A stretch of 63,304 nt of DNA, the filler included, from Octopus bimaculoides (Eukaryota), in assembly GCF_001194135.2 (NCBI RefSeq). It is 5 parts of 5 records of this genome, joined end to end, with 100 filler letters (N's around TTAATTAATTAA, not from the genome) between each part and the next. Parts side by side here need not be neighbours in the genome. Positions count along the whole stretch, not along the records: positions 25,271 to 42,514 come from NC_068985.1; positions 42,615 to 47,835 come from NW_026387214.1; positions 47,936 to 63,304 come from NW_026381960.1; 2 more parts are not named here. One strand, given 5' to 3'. Each line of letters begins with the position of its first letter. Positions within the stretch are counted from its first letter, which is position 1. The notes under the pieces were generated by a model. It saw only the letters and a program-made list of their open reading frames with translations. It was not told the origin of the DNA and did no database searches. A program made the translations under genes and the position numbers. Positions 39,870-52,822 of this stretch are shown here, in pieces.

Positions 39870-40184
39870 GTGTTTACATATGTCCGTTTGAATGTGCGTA
39901 TATGTGTATTAATGGATATATGAATGTGCGTATGCATGTGTTGGAGGGTATGAATGCATTTGTTCGTCCATGTATGTTTGTATGTATATGTGCTTGTATG
40001 TATGCATATATGTATGTATGTATCTATTTATGTATGTATGAATGTATGTGGCTACGTATGTATGTATGTATGTATGCTTATATTTGTGTGTGTATGTATA
40101 TGTATGAATCCATGCATTCATGCAAATGCAAAACACACACACACATAGCTACACACACACACACACACACATACATATAGGAGA

Positions 40185-40335
40185 GGCTTCCTTCAGTTTC
40201 AGTCTACCCAATCTAATCACAAAGCTTTGGTCGGCCCCAAGCTCTAGTAGAAGACATTTGTCCAAGGTTCGACGCAGTAGGACTGAACCCAGAACCATTT
40301 GGTAGAGAAGCAAGCTTTTTACCACATGGCTACTT
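40185..40335 (-). mobile_element. SINE family A, 5' half
   Basis: gcttccttcagtttc.gtctacc.aatc...agaagacatttgtccaaggt...aggactgaaccc. Confidence 0.8.
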
Positions 40336-40592
40336 CTGCTCCATATATATCAATGTATATGTAATAATAGATACGTACTTACTTACAAAGTGAGCAAAAG
40401 TGTACGTACGCCGCTATATGTATATACAAATTTAAAAAAATGGAACAAGAACGCAACAGACGACAATAAAACATCCGGACAGACGACAAAAAGACGGACA
40501 GGAAAAGTAACAAAAATACGGACAGGAAAAAACAAGGACGGGTCATTCGCAGCTTACTCTCCTCAATATAAATAATGACATCAGGTAAATTC

Positions 40593-41360
40593 GGATCTTT
40601 TTCCTTTGAACGGCACATCGAGAAATTAATTTTTTGTAACTAAACACTTTCAAACTTCGGGCACTGTTAGAATGTGTCATATAAAACATCTTTTACTCTT
40701 ACAGTTGTTGAGAAAAGTTTATATTTTCAAAGTTATTTCGTGTTAAAGTTGTCGTATATCGGTAATTTCAACCAATCAATGACGCGTATTCAGTTCAATA
40801 AAATTACTGTTGTTTGTCAGCAACAACTATCGGCGGTGTATATTTCGTTTGTATATTTCGTTTGTACTGGATTTAGCTTTAGGGTTTTAGGGTTAGGGTT
40901 CGGGTTTTAGAATTAGGGTAAGGGTTTTAGGGTCAGGGTTAAGGTTTTAGAGTTAGGGACAGGGTTTTAGAGTTAGGGTTAGGGTTAGGGTTTTAGGGTC
41001 AGGGTTAAGGTTTTAGGGTTAGCGATAGGGTTTTAGAGTTAAGGTTAGGGTTTTAGGGTTAGGTTAGGGTTAGGGNNNNNNNNNNGGTTTTAGGGTCAGG
41101 GTTAAGGTTTTAGAGTTAGGGACAGGGTTTTAGAGTTAGGGTTAGGGTTAGGGTTTTAGGGTCAGGGTTAAGGTTTTAGGGTTAGCGATAGGGTTTTAGA
41201 GTTAAGGTTAGGGTTTTAGGGTTAGGTTAGGGTTAGGGTTTTAGGGTTAGGGTTTTAGGGTTAGGGTTTTAGGGTTAGGGTTAGGGTTTTAGGGTTAGGG
41301 TTACGGTTTTAGGGTTAGAGCTACGGTTTTAAGGTTAGGGTTAGGGTTAGGGTTTTAGGA
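40593..41360 (+). mobile_element. Dispersed repeat with telomere-like tract, copy 2
   Basis: GGATCTTT start; ~290-bp unique part homologous to copy 1, then ~480 bp of mixed GGGTTA/GGGTTTTA. Confidence 0.8.
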
Positions 41361-41361
41361 T

Positions 41362-41834
41362 TCAACTGTTGCCCAATGACCTATTTGTACGGGTGGATGC
41401 CAAGTTCAGTGGAATGCTTCCGAGCAGAACGATTCGGACTCCGTATCAAAGTTTGTCTGATGCGTTCCACATTTTCCTGGATCCGTACTGTTCGTGGCGC
41501 CCTCACGAGTCTCCTATTCATTAGTGTAACTTGTGTACGAAGTGCATTCACCCAACGTAAGACTGTGTTACGGGTGAGAACAGCCTACTTTCGGTGAATG
41601 TTGAAGTGACGCCGAAACTCACGCTGAATTGCTGTGACAAACTCGCTATTCTGCATGTAACTGTCGTAGGCAAACACGCGATGCTCTATCGTCCACAGTG
41701 CCATGGCTTCACCCGAAAAGAAAAAACAAATGCTAAGACACCACGGACCGAATGGTACCTGTCAGACATATGTCTCTTCCACTGGGACTGAGTAATAGCC
41801 ATTTTAAAAAGTCCGTCCTCTCTGCTCCACCCTA
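41362..41834 (-). mobile_element. Truncated Tc1/mariner element (left end plus DUF4817-type HTH transposase N-terminus)
   Basis: From ATG at 41704: MALWTIEHRVFAYDSYMQNSEFVTAIQREFRRHFNIHRK*AVLTRNTVLRWVNALRT...RSPNRSARKHSTELGIHPYK*; terminus TA-TAGGGTGG near 41834. Confidence 0.85.
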
Positions 41835-41946
41835 TATGTATGATGTGTATATGTATATGACTACACATATAGTGACGCCCACATCCACACACAGTATATA
41901 TAGTGTATGTGTGTGTGTGTGCTTGTGTGTGTTTGCGTATATGTAT

Positions 41947-41983
<37 letters not shown>

Positions 41984-42199
41984 ACACGTATGAAGCTATA
42001 TAAGTACAAAACATACACACACACATACACAGATAGACTCACCTACATATATAACCGCATATACATGGACACGTAAAATATGACCGAGGGAAGATACCTC
42101 AGGAGTATAATTAGGTAAGTACACATATAAAAACATAGACACAACCATACAACCATACATACATGAATGTATGCATGTGTATATATATATATATATATA

Positions 42200-42514
42200 T
42201 ATGGGAGAATATACAAATAATAACAACAGACGAGGACAGGTGGTGTAAATAACAAAAGTATATATTAGTATGACGCTCGGGAATACGGAAAGTCTTTGAC
42301 GTTTCGAGCTACGCTCTTCAACAGAAAGAATACGGAGACAAGGAGAAAAACACGGAGAAAAAAAATTGAATAGTGTTCAGTCAACGGTCAATCATAATAA
42401 TGGCCGATCATAACAATGACTGGCCGGAAGTTAGAAATTCTTATTTCAGGAGAGCTAAGAAAGGGGGAGATAACAAACGGTGATCGGGAACGAGGGGCTG
42501 TGTGTGGGAGGTAG
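42200..42514 (-). mobile_element. Short hammerhead-bearing repeat (family H1)
   Basis: Near-identical reverse complement of 50257-50480. Confidence 0.85.
42293..42329 (-). ncRNA. Minimal hammerhead motif, family H1
   Basis: TCTTT-CTGTTGA-A-GAGC-GTA-GCTC-GAAA-CG-TC-AAAGA; perfect stems I and II; core A6 replaced by U. Confidence 0.6.
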
Positions 42515-42614
42515 NNNNNNNNNNNNNNNNNNNNNNNNNNNNNNNNNNNNNNNNNNNNTTAATTAATTAANNNNNNNNNNNNNNNNNNNNNNNNNNNNNN
42601 NNNNNNNNNNNNNN

Positions 42615-42658
<44 letters not shown>

Positions 42659-43350
42659 TATCTAACAGAAGTATGAACAATCCTTAAAAAAAATTCAGTA
42701 AAATTGCTATTACTCTGATATTATCCAGGTAAATCAAACGAAATTTATACCGTATAAAATATATTATACATGCAAATATCATACAGAATTGGAACGCAAA
42801 CAATAAATATTTTCAAAGATATGAACGAAATATTAATTTTCAAACGTTACAAAAATATACACACCCTAAACGAACTTTGTTATTTTCGATATTTTACAAA
42901 ATTGAGATATTGCTGATAACTTCAGTTCTGATAAATTATTTCTCCCGGCGGTTTTCACAATTCCTAGCTCAAAATTCATTGGTAGGAGCTGCGGCGAACA
43001 CCTGTCATATCAACAAGATAGGCAATCTTTCGGTGATAGTTGTCCAAGATTAGTTAGTGAACATTTATGATGGTTTCATTCGTTCTGGAGATCACCCTGA
43101 GTTTGGTCCTTATGTGACGATTGACCATACGTGAAGCGTGGAAACCGCTTCTCTTTTGCTCGTGGCAGTTTCCATATAAGTTGTTTAAAGTGTGACAACT
43201 GATTTGGAACACACGAGGTACATAGAACGTATATATACACCATTCTGCTTAAATAATGGAACTGGAGATACAATATCCTTACGTATCTCGCGTCTGTTTT
43301 CATTCCTCCACTTTACACTGTATTTCATATATTCTCTATTACTTAAACAT

Positions 43351-43398
43351 TTTTTCTGATGAAGTGATATATAAAATATCCCGGATACAGCTGTAAAA
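43351..43398 (+). ncRNA. Decayed hammerhead-like motif
   Basis: TTTT-CTGATGA-A-GTGATAT-ATAAA-ATATCCC-GGAT-ACAGCTGT-A-AAA; palindromic stem III and stem II hairpin, but GAA mutated. Confidence 0.45.
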
Positions 43399-44366
43399 CC
43401 TTCTCATTATAAATGTTCTGGAAACCATTCACAACAATGGATTTTTTATCTCATATTAATTTTATATATATATACATGCTAAAACAAAACCTACGTTGGA
43501 CTCCTCATTCGTATCACTATCGAACCTGGAGTTTAACTATAGTCTGTCCATAGCACTTACTCAACCTTTCTTGACACCTTTGAGTCTTCTTGACACCAAT
43601 ATCTCTCATGATCTATATATTTCAGTCGAGGAGTTTAACAATTATGAAGATAGATAGAGAGTATATACTAGCTCTGGGTTGATACATTTATTCAGCTGTA
43701 TGAAGAAGTGTAACCTGAAAAGATGGGTGTTACATATGATCATATTGATATAACTAATTCAAGGATTAAAATTTCCGTCCGTACGTTTTCGACTGTAACT
43801 CCTAACAATTAAGGCCAGCATTCACATCCTTCCTACAAATCGTTGGTCTTAGAGTTTATAGGTACAGGTATATTCGTGTAAGGAGCAATAACGATGGATT
43901 TACGAAATGCGTCATGAAAATAAACGTGTGTGCCCATATATCGCCACTAAGTTTTTGTGGAGAAGTTATGTTTTCGGTGACTCAGACCCTTTTTACTCTT
44001 ATTTCTAGCAATGCTGATGCGACCTTCACCCAGCGTGTATCCACCTTGATTATTTTATATATATATATATATATATNNNNNNNNNNNNNNNNNNNNNNNN
44101 NNNNNNNNNNNNNNNNNNNNNNNNNNNNNNNNNNNNNNNNNNNNNNNNNNNNNNNNNNNNNNNNNNNNNNNNNNNNNNNNNNNNNNNNNNNNNNNNNNNN
44201 NNNNNNNNNNNNNNNNNNNNNNNNNNNNNNNNNNNNNNNNNNNNNNNNNNNNNNNNNNNNNNNNNNNNNNNNNNNNNNNNNNNNNNNNNNNNNNNNNNNN
44301 NNNNNNNNNNNNNNNNNNNNNNNNNNNNNNNNNNNNNNNNNNNNNNNNNNNNNNNNNNNNNNNNNN

Positions 44367-44416
<50 letters not shown>

Positions 44417-44479
44417 GTTGCACTTCGTCATTTGCGATGACTTGGTCTCCAGTTGATCTATTTAACGGAACAACATTCA

Positions 44480-44680
44480 CTTTCTTGAAATTAATTGTAT
44501 AACTTTAAGCCTGGCAGAGTGTGACAAGGCAGGCCTTTCAAAATACAGGAACTACTCACTTTTGCCAGTTGAGTGGACTGGAGCAACTTGAAATAAAGTG
44601 GCTTGCTGAAGGGCACAACACGTCGCAAGGAATTGAACTCATAACTCTACGATTGTTAACCAAATGCCCTAATAACTAAC
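44480..44680 (-). mobile_element. SINE family D
   Basis: Minus strand: gagttcaattcc...gtgttgtgcccttcagcaagccactttatttca...ccagtccactcaactgg. Confidence 0.7.
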
Positions 44681-45709
44681 TCATCTTTAGTTTTTATTCG
44701 CTTCAGCGTCTTGATATGCCTGCAGTTGAGGGCCAAGCACTCCGAGACATAGTGAAGACAACGGAAATGTGCAACACTGTAAACATTTATCTTCGTGTTG
44801 TGGTCTATGTTAAGGTTACATCACGACATATCAAAGAGTGAGTGAGATACAGAGAGAAAGAAAACAGAGAGCGAGATAGCTAGATAGATAGATAGCTAGA
44901 TAGATAGACAGACAGGGTAAGATAGATGAAGAGATAGATTGAGAAATAAGTATCTATCTTTTTAGCTAGATAGATATAAGCATAAATAGATAGATGGATG
45001 TTTCAATGGATAGATGGAGGGATGAATAAGTACATCATTCAACTGAAATATAGTTACAGGCCAAGATTCACCAGAATAAACTCAACCATGATGACGTAAG
45101 AAGATAGCAAACAGGAATACATGTAGACAGTCGCTTATTTTGCAATTTTGATATGTGATAAGATATTGAAAATGTATTTGGGTCAATGCGTATTTCACAA
45201 AATTATATGCTGGAAAGTGTAAATTAGAAGAAATACACGCAAACATTTTTCGAAAGAAACAAAAAATTAAAATATGAGAATGTTCATGTACTAGATAAAA
45301 AATATTTTAGAGAATATTGAAATACCGTAACATCTAATTGCTTCATTTCCCGAATTGTACTGCTGAGCTCCACTTTTTTTGTGAATTCGTTCATCTTTTG
45401 TTCAGTATAATATATCTCTAACTGTAAATACATGTACTGAACATATTTCGCGTTCTAATCAAAATTATTTCCACGCTACCGGTTAGGCTAAACTAAATTT
45501 TATATTTTGTAGTATTTGGTTATCGGAAATTTATTGTGGTTTTCTGTCTCTGAGCTAAGCATCTGCTAAGATTAGCGATACACATGAACATGGAAGCATT
45601 CAAGTAAGAAATAGATATAGAAACCCGTACACTGGCACATTCATGCACACACGTATACTTACGTACATACATGTACTTATATGTATATACATATATATAT
45701 ATATATAAA

Positions 45710-45745
<36 letters not shown>

Positions 45746-47935
45746 NNNNNNNNNNNNNNNNNNNNNNNNNNNNNNNNNNNNNNNNNNNNNNNNNNNNNNN
45801 NNNNNNNNNNNNNNNNNNNNNNNNNNNNNNNNNNNNNNNNNNNNNNNNNNNNNNNNNNNNNNNNNNNNNNNNNNNNNNNNNNNNNNNNNNNNNNNNNNNN
45901 NNNNNNNNNNNNNNNNNNNNNNNNNNNNNNNNNNNNNNNNNNNNNNNNNNNNNNNNNNNNNNNNNNNNNNNNNNNNNNNNNNNNNNNNNNNNNNNNNNNN
46001 NNNNNNNNNNNNNNNNNNNNNNNNNNNNNNNNNNNNNNNNNNNNNNNNNNNNNNNNNNNNNNNNNNNNNNNNNNNNNNNNNNNNNNNNNNNNNNNNNNNN
46101 NNNNNNNNNNNNNNNNNNNNNNNNNNNNNNNNNNNNNNNNNNNNNNNNNNNNNNNNNNNNNGCATGTATGTAATATACGTTACGAAATGTAGTACATTTG
46201 ATAATATCTTGAGAGAAGATAATTATGTATAACCAATAAATTGCAGTCTTTTCTTTTGTACTTTTTTGTGGGGTGGGGAGATCTTTTTTCTCTCCTAAAT
46301 TGTGAAGGTTTACACGACCCGAGAATATAATATTTTTCTTTAAATAAAGAGTAAAGCATTTAAGCAATCTTTGAGATCAATGCCTAAAGAAATTTCCTTT
46401 ACTCAGTAAGCGTTTTTGCTTATCTTAAATAATTAATTTTCTAAATCACCGAATCTTTAGCAGTCAGTTTTCATGGTATTCTGTTAGGTGGTATTCATCA
46501 TTCATTGGTGTTATACTTATAAAAAAAAATACTATAGACATTTATATGAAGATCACGGCTTCACAGTTTGTGTATCACCATTGGAATTTCTTTTGCAAAT
46601 GTTTCATGAAGAAATATTTCACCTCTTCCCAGTGATCCCTATCTTATACTTTAGCTACGAAAGAAGCAACTAGCTTTCAGAAAAGTTTTATAGAGCCGTA
46701 ACTTACCAGGATAAATCTTGTATCGCTTTCTTGATTTGCAGATTGATATCTATCTTAGGTATATTTACATGTTAGCATATATTCATAGAGAACTGACTCC
46801 TGACATTATACATGAAGAATGTGCAATATAACGAAATATAAAACTATTTACGTGAGATTTAGCAGTTGGGATGTCAGTCGATATAATACCTTTCTAATTT
46901 CTCCCTAGTATATTTAACAATTAACTCAGAAATTTGATTTTGATTTTCATATTCTTACATGAAATAAACGGCGCCCTTGTTTTATAGCAAACAAGGAAGG
47001 CTTATTTGGAAGATTAGTTAGTATAACAGTTTATGAATACACAGAGAATAGCTGTCCAGAATATATCAAACATATTATGTAGATAAACCTATAGGTATTT
47101 ATTTATAAGCATTTCATGTGAAAAATGCTTACAAATTGAAAATTGTCTACTTTGTACTATATTATGAGATATATATTTAAATATCTCTTACATGTCTGCT
47201 GTGGTGATGACTGTCATCTGAACATGCCAAATTTCGGGTGGCTTTGTAGAAAATATATCGTATTCTACTTCGATATATATGTAGCTGTTGCCTCTACAAA
47301 GCACTGTCAACATTTTCACTCTATCCGGCTAATATAGATTTTGCTGTTGAAATTAGCAGAGAATTATTTTGTAATATACTTTCACCAAGATATTCATATA
47401 TTTCAACGCTCAACGAAGAAAACCTGAATGAAATCTATGAATATATGCAAATCTATATTGCACATGACACAGTTATTGAAAATCTCATTATCTGAAATTC
47501 AAGGAGTTAGTAAACATTTTCAGATGTGAAAGTTTTTCTACATGAGAAACGTCAGCCTACTTGTCTCGTACATTTTCTTCTTGTGTTTATGAAAAATATA
47601 TTTCAACGTGAAGAAATGTCTAATGTAAAGTATTGCATTATTGTTCTAATATAATTAAAAATTCTCTCATATTTGTTTACTTAGCTCCTCATAAATGTAA
47701 ATTTTGTGTCGTTTATCTTTAATTCTACGTTTTCAACATGTAATTTTAATTTTCAATCTTAAATTTATTGATTTGAAATTTAAATTTTAATTAACTACAT
47801 TCAATTATTCAATTTGATTTTAAATATAATTACTCNNNNNNNNNNNNNNNNNNNNNNNNNNNNNNNNNNNNNNNNNNNNTTAATTAATTAANNNNNNNNN
47901 NNNNNNNNNNNNNNNNNNNNNNNNNNNNNNNNNNN

Positions 47936-47949
47936 GTAGTAGTAGCTGC

Positions 47950-47987
<38 letters not shown>

Positions 47988-48116
47988 CCGTGGTGGTGGC
48001 GGTAGTAGTGGTAGTGATAGTAGTGGTGACGGTAGTAGTGGTGGTGGCAGGTGGTGGTGGTGTCGGTGCCGGTGGCGGTGGCGGTGGTGGTGAAAGTATT
48101 GGTAGTAGTAGTAGCT

Positions 48117-48192
<76 letters not shown>

Positions 48193-48315
48193 TAGTAGTA
48201 GTAGTGGCAGCGGTAGTGGTGGTGATGGTGGTCGTCATGGTAGTCGTGGTAGTTGTGGTGGTGGTGTGGTAGTAGCAGTAGTAAGCTAGAAGTGGCGGTG
48301 GTAGTAGTGGTAGTA
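47936..48315. repeat. Compound (GTA/GCA/GGT)n microsatellite
   Basis: Visible runs. Confidence 0.95.
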
Positions 48316-48975
48316 TCCATACAGGGTTTCAGTTTCCAACGAGACGCGTAAAAAAGAACGAACCAAGGACCTCCATCTTCTCCTTGTCGCTGTTTAAGTT
48401 TCCTCAATCGTGTCGGATGCTGGAGTTCTGTATGCTATACATAGCATCCGTGTCTACTCTGCACTTCATCCCTTCTGTCTGATACTGAATCCTGCCTGTA
48501 TCCCAATTTTATAAAGATCGTGACAGACAGACAGACATACAGACAGACAGGCAGACGATCAGACAGGCAGACGATCAGACAGGCAAGCATGCAAGCAGAC
48601 ACATATACGCACGCACGCAGATAAAACAGTGAGATAAGCTGAGAGATTCAATGCGAGATAAAACAGGCAGATAGATAGGGAAGGGAGATTGGGAAAGAGT
48701 GAGTGAAAGAGAGAGAGAAGGAGAAAGACAGAGAGAGGGAGAGAGAGAGAGAGGGAGAGAGAGAGGGGGGGAGAGAGAGAGAGAGAGAGAGAGAGTGACA
48801 GATCGACAGACAACGAAGCAGGCGGACAGGCAGTCGGTCAGAGGAACAGAATGACGAATAAACAGATTGAAAGCTAGATTAGATAAATAGATATGTATTA
48901 AGATTGAAAGACAGAGTGAGTGAAAGAGAGGGATATTGGGAGAGAGAGAGAGAGGGAGAGAGAGAGAGAGAGATA

Positions 48976-49019
<44 letters not shown>

Positions 49020-49499
49020 GAAAGAAAGAAAGATAGGGTGAGGTGTGAGACAGGCAAATACATTCATAAACGAAAAGACAGACAAATAGGTAGTTGGATT
49101 ACACACACACACACACGCACACACAAACAAACACCCACACCCACGTATATATATTATCTATCCATCTTTCTATATATACACATGCCTGTGTGTGTTTGTA
49201 TGTGTGAATGTGCCTGTGTTTGTGTATGTGTGTGTGCATGTATCAGTCAAATTGTTATATTTACTAAGTTTTGTAGGCGAGCAGGACGCGTCCATCCCAT
49301 CAGACCTCTCTCTCCTGACTACATGTTTTTGTTCACCAATTAATCACCCGCACCCGGCACTTAGATTAACAAATCCACAAGGATAAAGTCGTATACAATC
49401 CAGCCTTAATTCCAACTCAAGATCGCAAGCATGTTTTAAGTGTATGCGTCAATGTGCATGTCTCTCTGTCTGTTTATGGTTGTATGCATGTGTCCTCTT

Positions 49500-49878
49500 C
49501 TATTTTTTGATTATTATAAAACTTCCGCAGAGGAGGGAGCCGGTTTCCAACAAAGATACAAGGCTCCATCTTTGGGATGTAGTTAACACAGACAAATTCA
49601 CATTTGGAACTTGAGAAAAGTCTTGCATATTTTCACTGTTCCACTCAGAGATTGCATTTGTAATGTACGAATCAGTTGGTCGATTTCTCTTTCTGAAAAT
49701 TCCAGTTTATCCAGATTCTCCTTTAAGCATTTACTAACAAAACGTAATGCTCCAAATATTATTAGTATGAATATGAATTGATAATCTAGATGTAGGAGCT
49801 GGAGGTTTCGAAGCAGTTGTCCATAGATCTCCTCTTTCTCTTTGATTTCCAAAGAGATATTTGTATCTGCAGGGCAGC
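49500..49878 (-). mobile_element. 3' end of an RLE-type non-LTR retrotransposon
   Basis: SCPADTNISLEIKEKEEIYGQLLRNLQLLHLDYQFIFILIIFGALRFVSKCLKENLDKL...SGTVKICKTFLKFQM* followed by ~100 nt of 3' UTR. Confidence 0.85.
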
Positions 49879-50256
49879 TGTATGTATGTATGTATGTATG
49901 TATGTATGTATGTATGTATGTATGTATGTATGTATGTATGCCCCACCCTACCCACAGACCCCTACCTCTNNNNNNNNNNNNNNNNNNNNNNNNNNNNNNN
50001 NNNNNNNNNNNNNNNNNNNNNNNNNNNNNNNNNNNNNNNNNNNNNNNNNNNNNNNNNNNNNNNNNNNNNNNNNNNNNNNNNNNNNNNNNNNNNNNNNNNN
50101 NNNNNNNNNNNNNNNNNNNNNNNNNNNNNNNNNNNNNNNNNNNNNNNNNNNNNNNNNNNNNNNNNNNNNNNNNNNNNNNNNNNNNNNNNNNNNNNNNNNN
50201 NNNNNNNNNNNNNNNNNNNNNNNNNNNNNNNNNNNNNNNNNNNNNNNNNNNNNNNN

Positions 50257-50480
50257 CAGCCATTGTTATGATCAGCCATTATTATGATTGACCGTTGACT
50301 GAACACTATTCAATTTTTTTTCTCCGTGTTTTTCTCCTTGTCTCCGTATTCTTTCTGTTGAAGAGCGTAGCTCGAAACGTCAAAGACTTTCCGTATTCCC
50401 GAGCGTCATACTAATACATCCTTTTGTTATTTACACCACCTGTCCTCGTCTGTTGTTGTTTTTTCGTATATTCTCCCACA
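50257..50480 (+). mobile_element. Short hammerhead-bearing repeat (family H1)
   Basis: Near-identical to the reverse complement of ~42200-42425. Confidence 0.85.
50350..50386 (+). ncRNA. Minimal hammerhead motif, family H1
   Basis: TCTTT-CTGTTGA-A-GAGC-GTA-GCTC-GAAA-CG-TC-AAAGA. Confidence 0.6.
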
Positions 50481-51004
50481 TATATGTATGTATGTATGTA
50501 TGTATGTATCTATCTATCTATCTATTTATCAATCAATCTATCTATCTATCTATCTCTCTATGTTTGTATGTACGTATGTCACTGTTCAGTTATATTTCAA
50601 GATTTCTTGTCAATAGAGAAAGAGTCGGTTTTTAACCTAAATTCAAGGCTTCTTCTGAACTCAAAACCTTACGACCGTGAGCCGAACACCCTAACCATCT
50701 GGCCACACGCCTTCGTTTGCATCCGGTAATGTAAATTAGTACTTTTAGAACAAATGCATACGTTATTTAGGGAGTGAAGTTGGCCCTGACCAAGACATTT
50801 CCTCATTTTACAACAGCTTCAAGCATCGGCATTGCTTGATTTTTCTTTTAATATCTCCATTAACATCTGTATTATGCGTTACATTCTGTCTTCGATGGTA
50901 TAATCTGGTGCAGACTACAATTATATATCGATCCAGTTGCTAGATCGGGAAGATAAAATTGAGCTGTAACAAAATGCACCTTTTTTCACCATCATTACTG
51001 ACAA

Positions 51005-51475
51005 TATATTCCGCCGAGGTTGACTCTGCCTTTCATCCTTTCGGCGTTGATAAATTAAGTACCAGTTGCATACTAGGGTCGATCTAATCGACTGGGACCT
51101 CTCCCCACCAAAAGATTTCGGGCCTTGTGCCTAGAGTAAGAAAGGATATATAGATTTTATATTTCATCTGTCTTTATGTTCTGAGTTCAAATTCCGCCGA
51201 AGTTGATTTTGCCTTTCATCCTTTCGGGGCTGATAAATTAAGTACCAGTTGCGTACTCGGGTCGATCGAATCAACTGGCCTCCTCCCCATTAAAAAATGT
51301 GGGGCCTTGTGCCTAGAATAGAAAAGAATATATAAATTCTAGATTCCGTCTGTCTTTACGTTCTGGGTTCAAATTCCGCCGAGGTCGACTTTGCCTTTCA
51401 TCCTTTCGGGGCTGAGAAATTAAGTACCAGTTGCGTACTGGGTCGATCTAATCGACTGGGATCCCTCCCACCAAA
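51005..51475 (+). repeat. Three head-to-tail copies of the SINE family C 3' portion (~170-bp period)
   Basis: ttccgccga.gt.ga.t.tgcctttcatcctttcgg...aaattaagtaccagttgc.tact.gg.tcgatc.aatc.actgg occurs three times. Confidence 0.9.
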
Positions 51476-52104
51476 ACCGGATGTTGAATAGCAGCACGAT
51501 TATGTAATACTACTTTTCGTCAGAGCTAGCAGGTGTAGCATTATAACTGGCGAGTACTCTCTGTTACAAGAGTGAGACAATTCATCCAATACGTGGGTGC
51601 TGTGAGAAAAAAAAAAACGAACTGAGCGAGGGTTTTACTTGGAGTTATGTTCCTTGATCCCCAAACGGCCTCTCAGATGCTATAAGTCTACAAGAGTTTT
51701 CTGGTGATGTGTGAGGAGTTAAGGGTCGTATCTGTGAAAGGAGTTTTATATGTCTAGGGTCTTAGTGGGGATGAGTACTGGGCGATTGTCCGAACGTGGA
51801 AACCTCTGTTAAGGGCAGATATGTGTCTAACTGTTCGTTTGTGTATGCTCTGGTTAAACTCACCGCTGGAATCCTAGGATATGACGGTGAGTGTACTGAA
51901 CTGATGGGGGTCGTGTGGGCAAGGGTTAAAACCTCCACTTCTGCAATTCAGATAGATCTATGGATAGTGAAAGCTTTTTTAATGTTTTATTTTTCTTGTA
52001 TATTAATAGTTACCGCCAAGCTAACATGGCGGTCCAGAAAAATAGAACGAATGCTGACGTTGATTCGTTTCAAGAGGCCGTCGCTTCTAGCTAGCTAGGT
52101 GACA

Positions 52105-52147
52105 CACGAACCTGATAAGGGGCAAATACCCTGAAACTAGTCTGTAG
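52105..52147 (+). ncRNA. Decayed hammerhead-like motif
   Basis: CTGATAA-GGGG-CAAATA-CCCT-GAAA-CTAG-TC; palindromic ACTAGT stem III, G8 lost, stem I poor. Confidence 0.4.
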
Positions 52148-52822
52148 ATGCCAAACTAGCAAGGGGAAGCGGCTGACCTCCCCTGTTCGAAGGTTAAAAT
52201 GGATACAGGTTCGTATGTCACATAGCTAGCTAGAGGCGATGGCCTCTTGGAGCTAATCCATGGCAGCATTCGTCCTAATTTGGGGACTGCCATGTTGGCT
52301 TGGCGATAACTATTAATATCCAGTACCGCTGCCATAGTCTCCTTTAGAGAGACTTAGAAATATTAATATTTCTATTTTCTTGTATTGTTTTCGGAAAAAA
52401 TATATTCAGTATGTTATATCATACACTTATTGAAATATATTTTTAAATGCTTATATTGAGAATGATTTTTTCACATGTAAATATGATGCTGTGACAGTGC
52501 ACTGGAATAAAATATTAAACACTATATTTATAACAAATGAACTCAGATATAGGAGGACCGTATTTCAACTTTATCTTCATTCAGTTCAACTTGTTAATAT
52601 TTTAGTAAAGAGAATTTTCACACCAGATATAAAGCTCGTATTTTTGGCTGTTATGCTTTATGTAACAGCGATCAACCACCAGAGTGGTTCAGTAGTGCAA
52701 TGGTATGGTTTTGTTGTCATTCACTCATTACGAATAACTGATTTGTAGAGGAAAATTTAACATACCTTTATCTTTCCAGGCGAATTTTCATTTAGATAAT
52801 TAAAAAATGTTCCTTAAAGGTA

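Noticed and set aside
40924-41237. Exact ~150-bp duplication on either side of a 10-N gap
   Set aside because: Typical unmerged contig overlap; it inflates the telomere-like tract length.
46660-46760. Splice-like signals on both strands (GTAAGT donor on minus; ttgatttgcag acceptor on plus)
   Set aside because: No consistent open exon could be built.
42200-50480. Inverted H1 pair as TIRs of an 8-kb transposon
   Set aside because: Two synthetic linkers lie between them; they are independent copies of a dispersed repeat.
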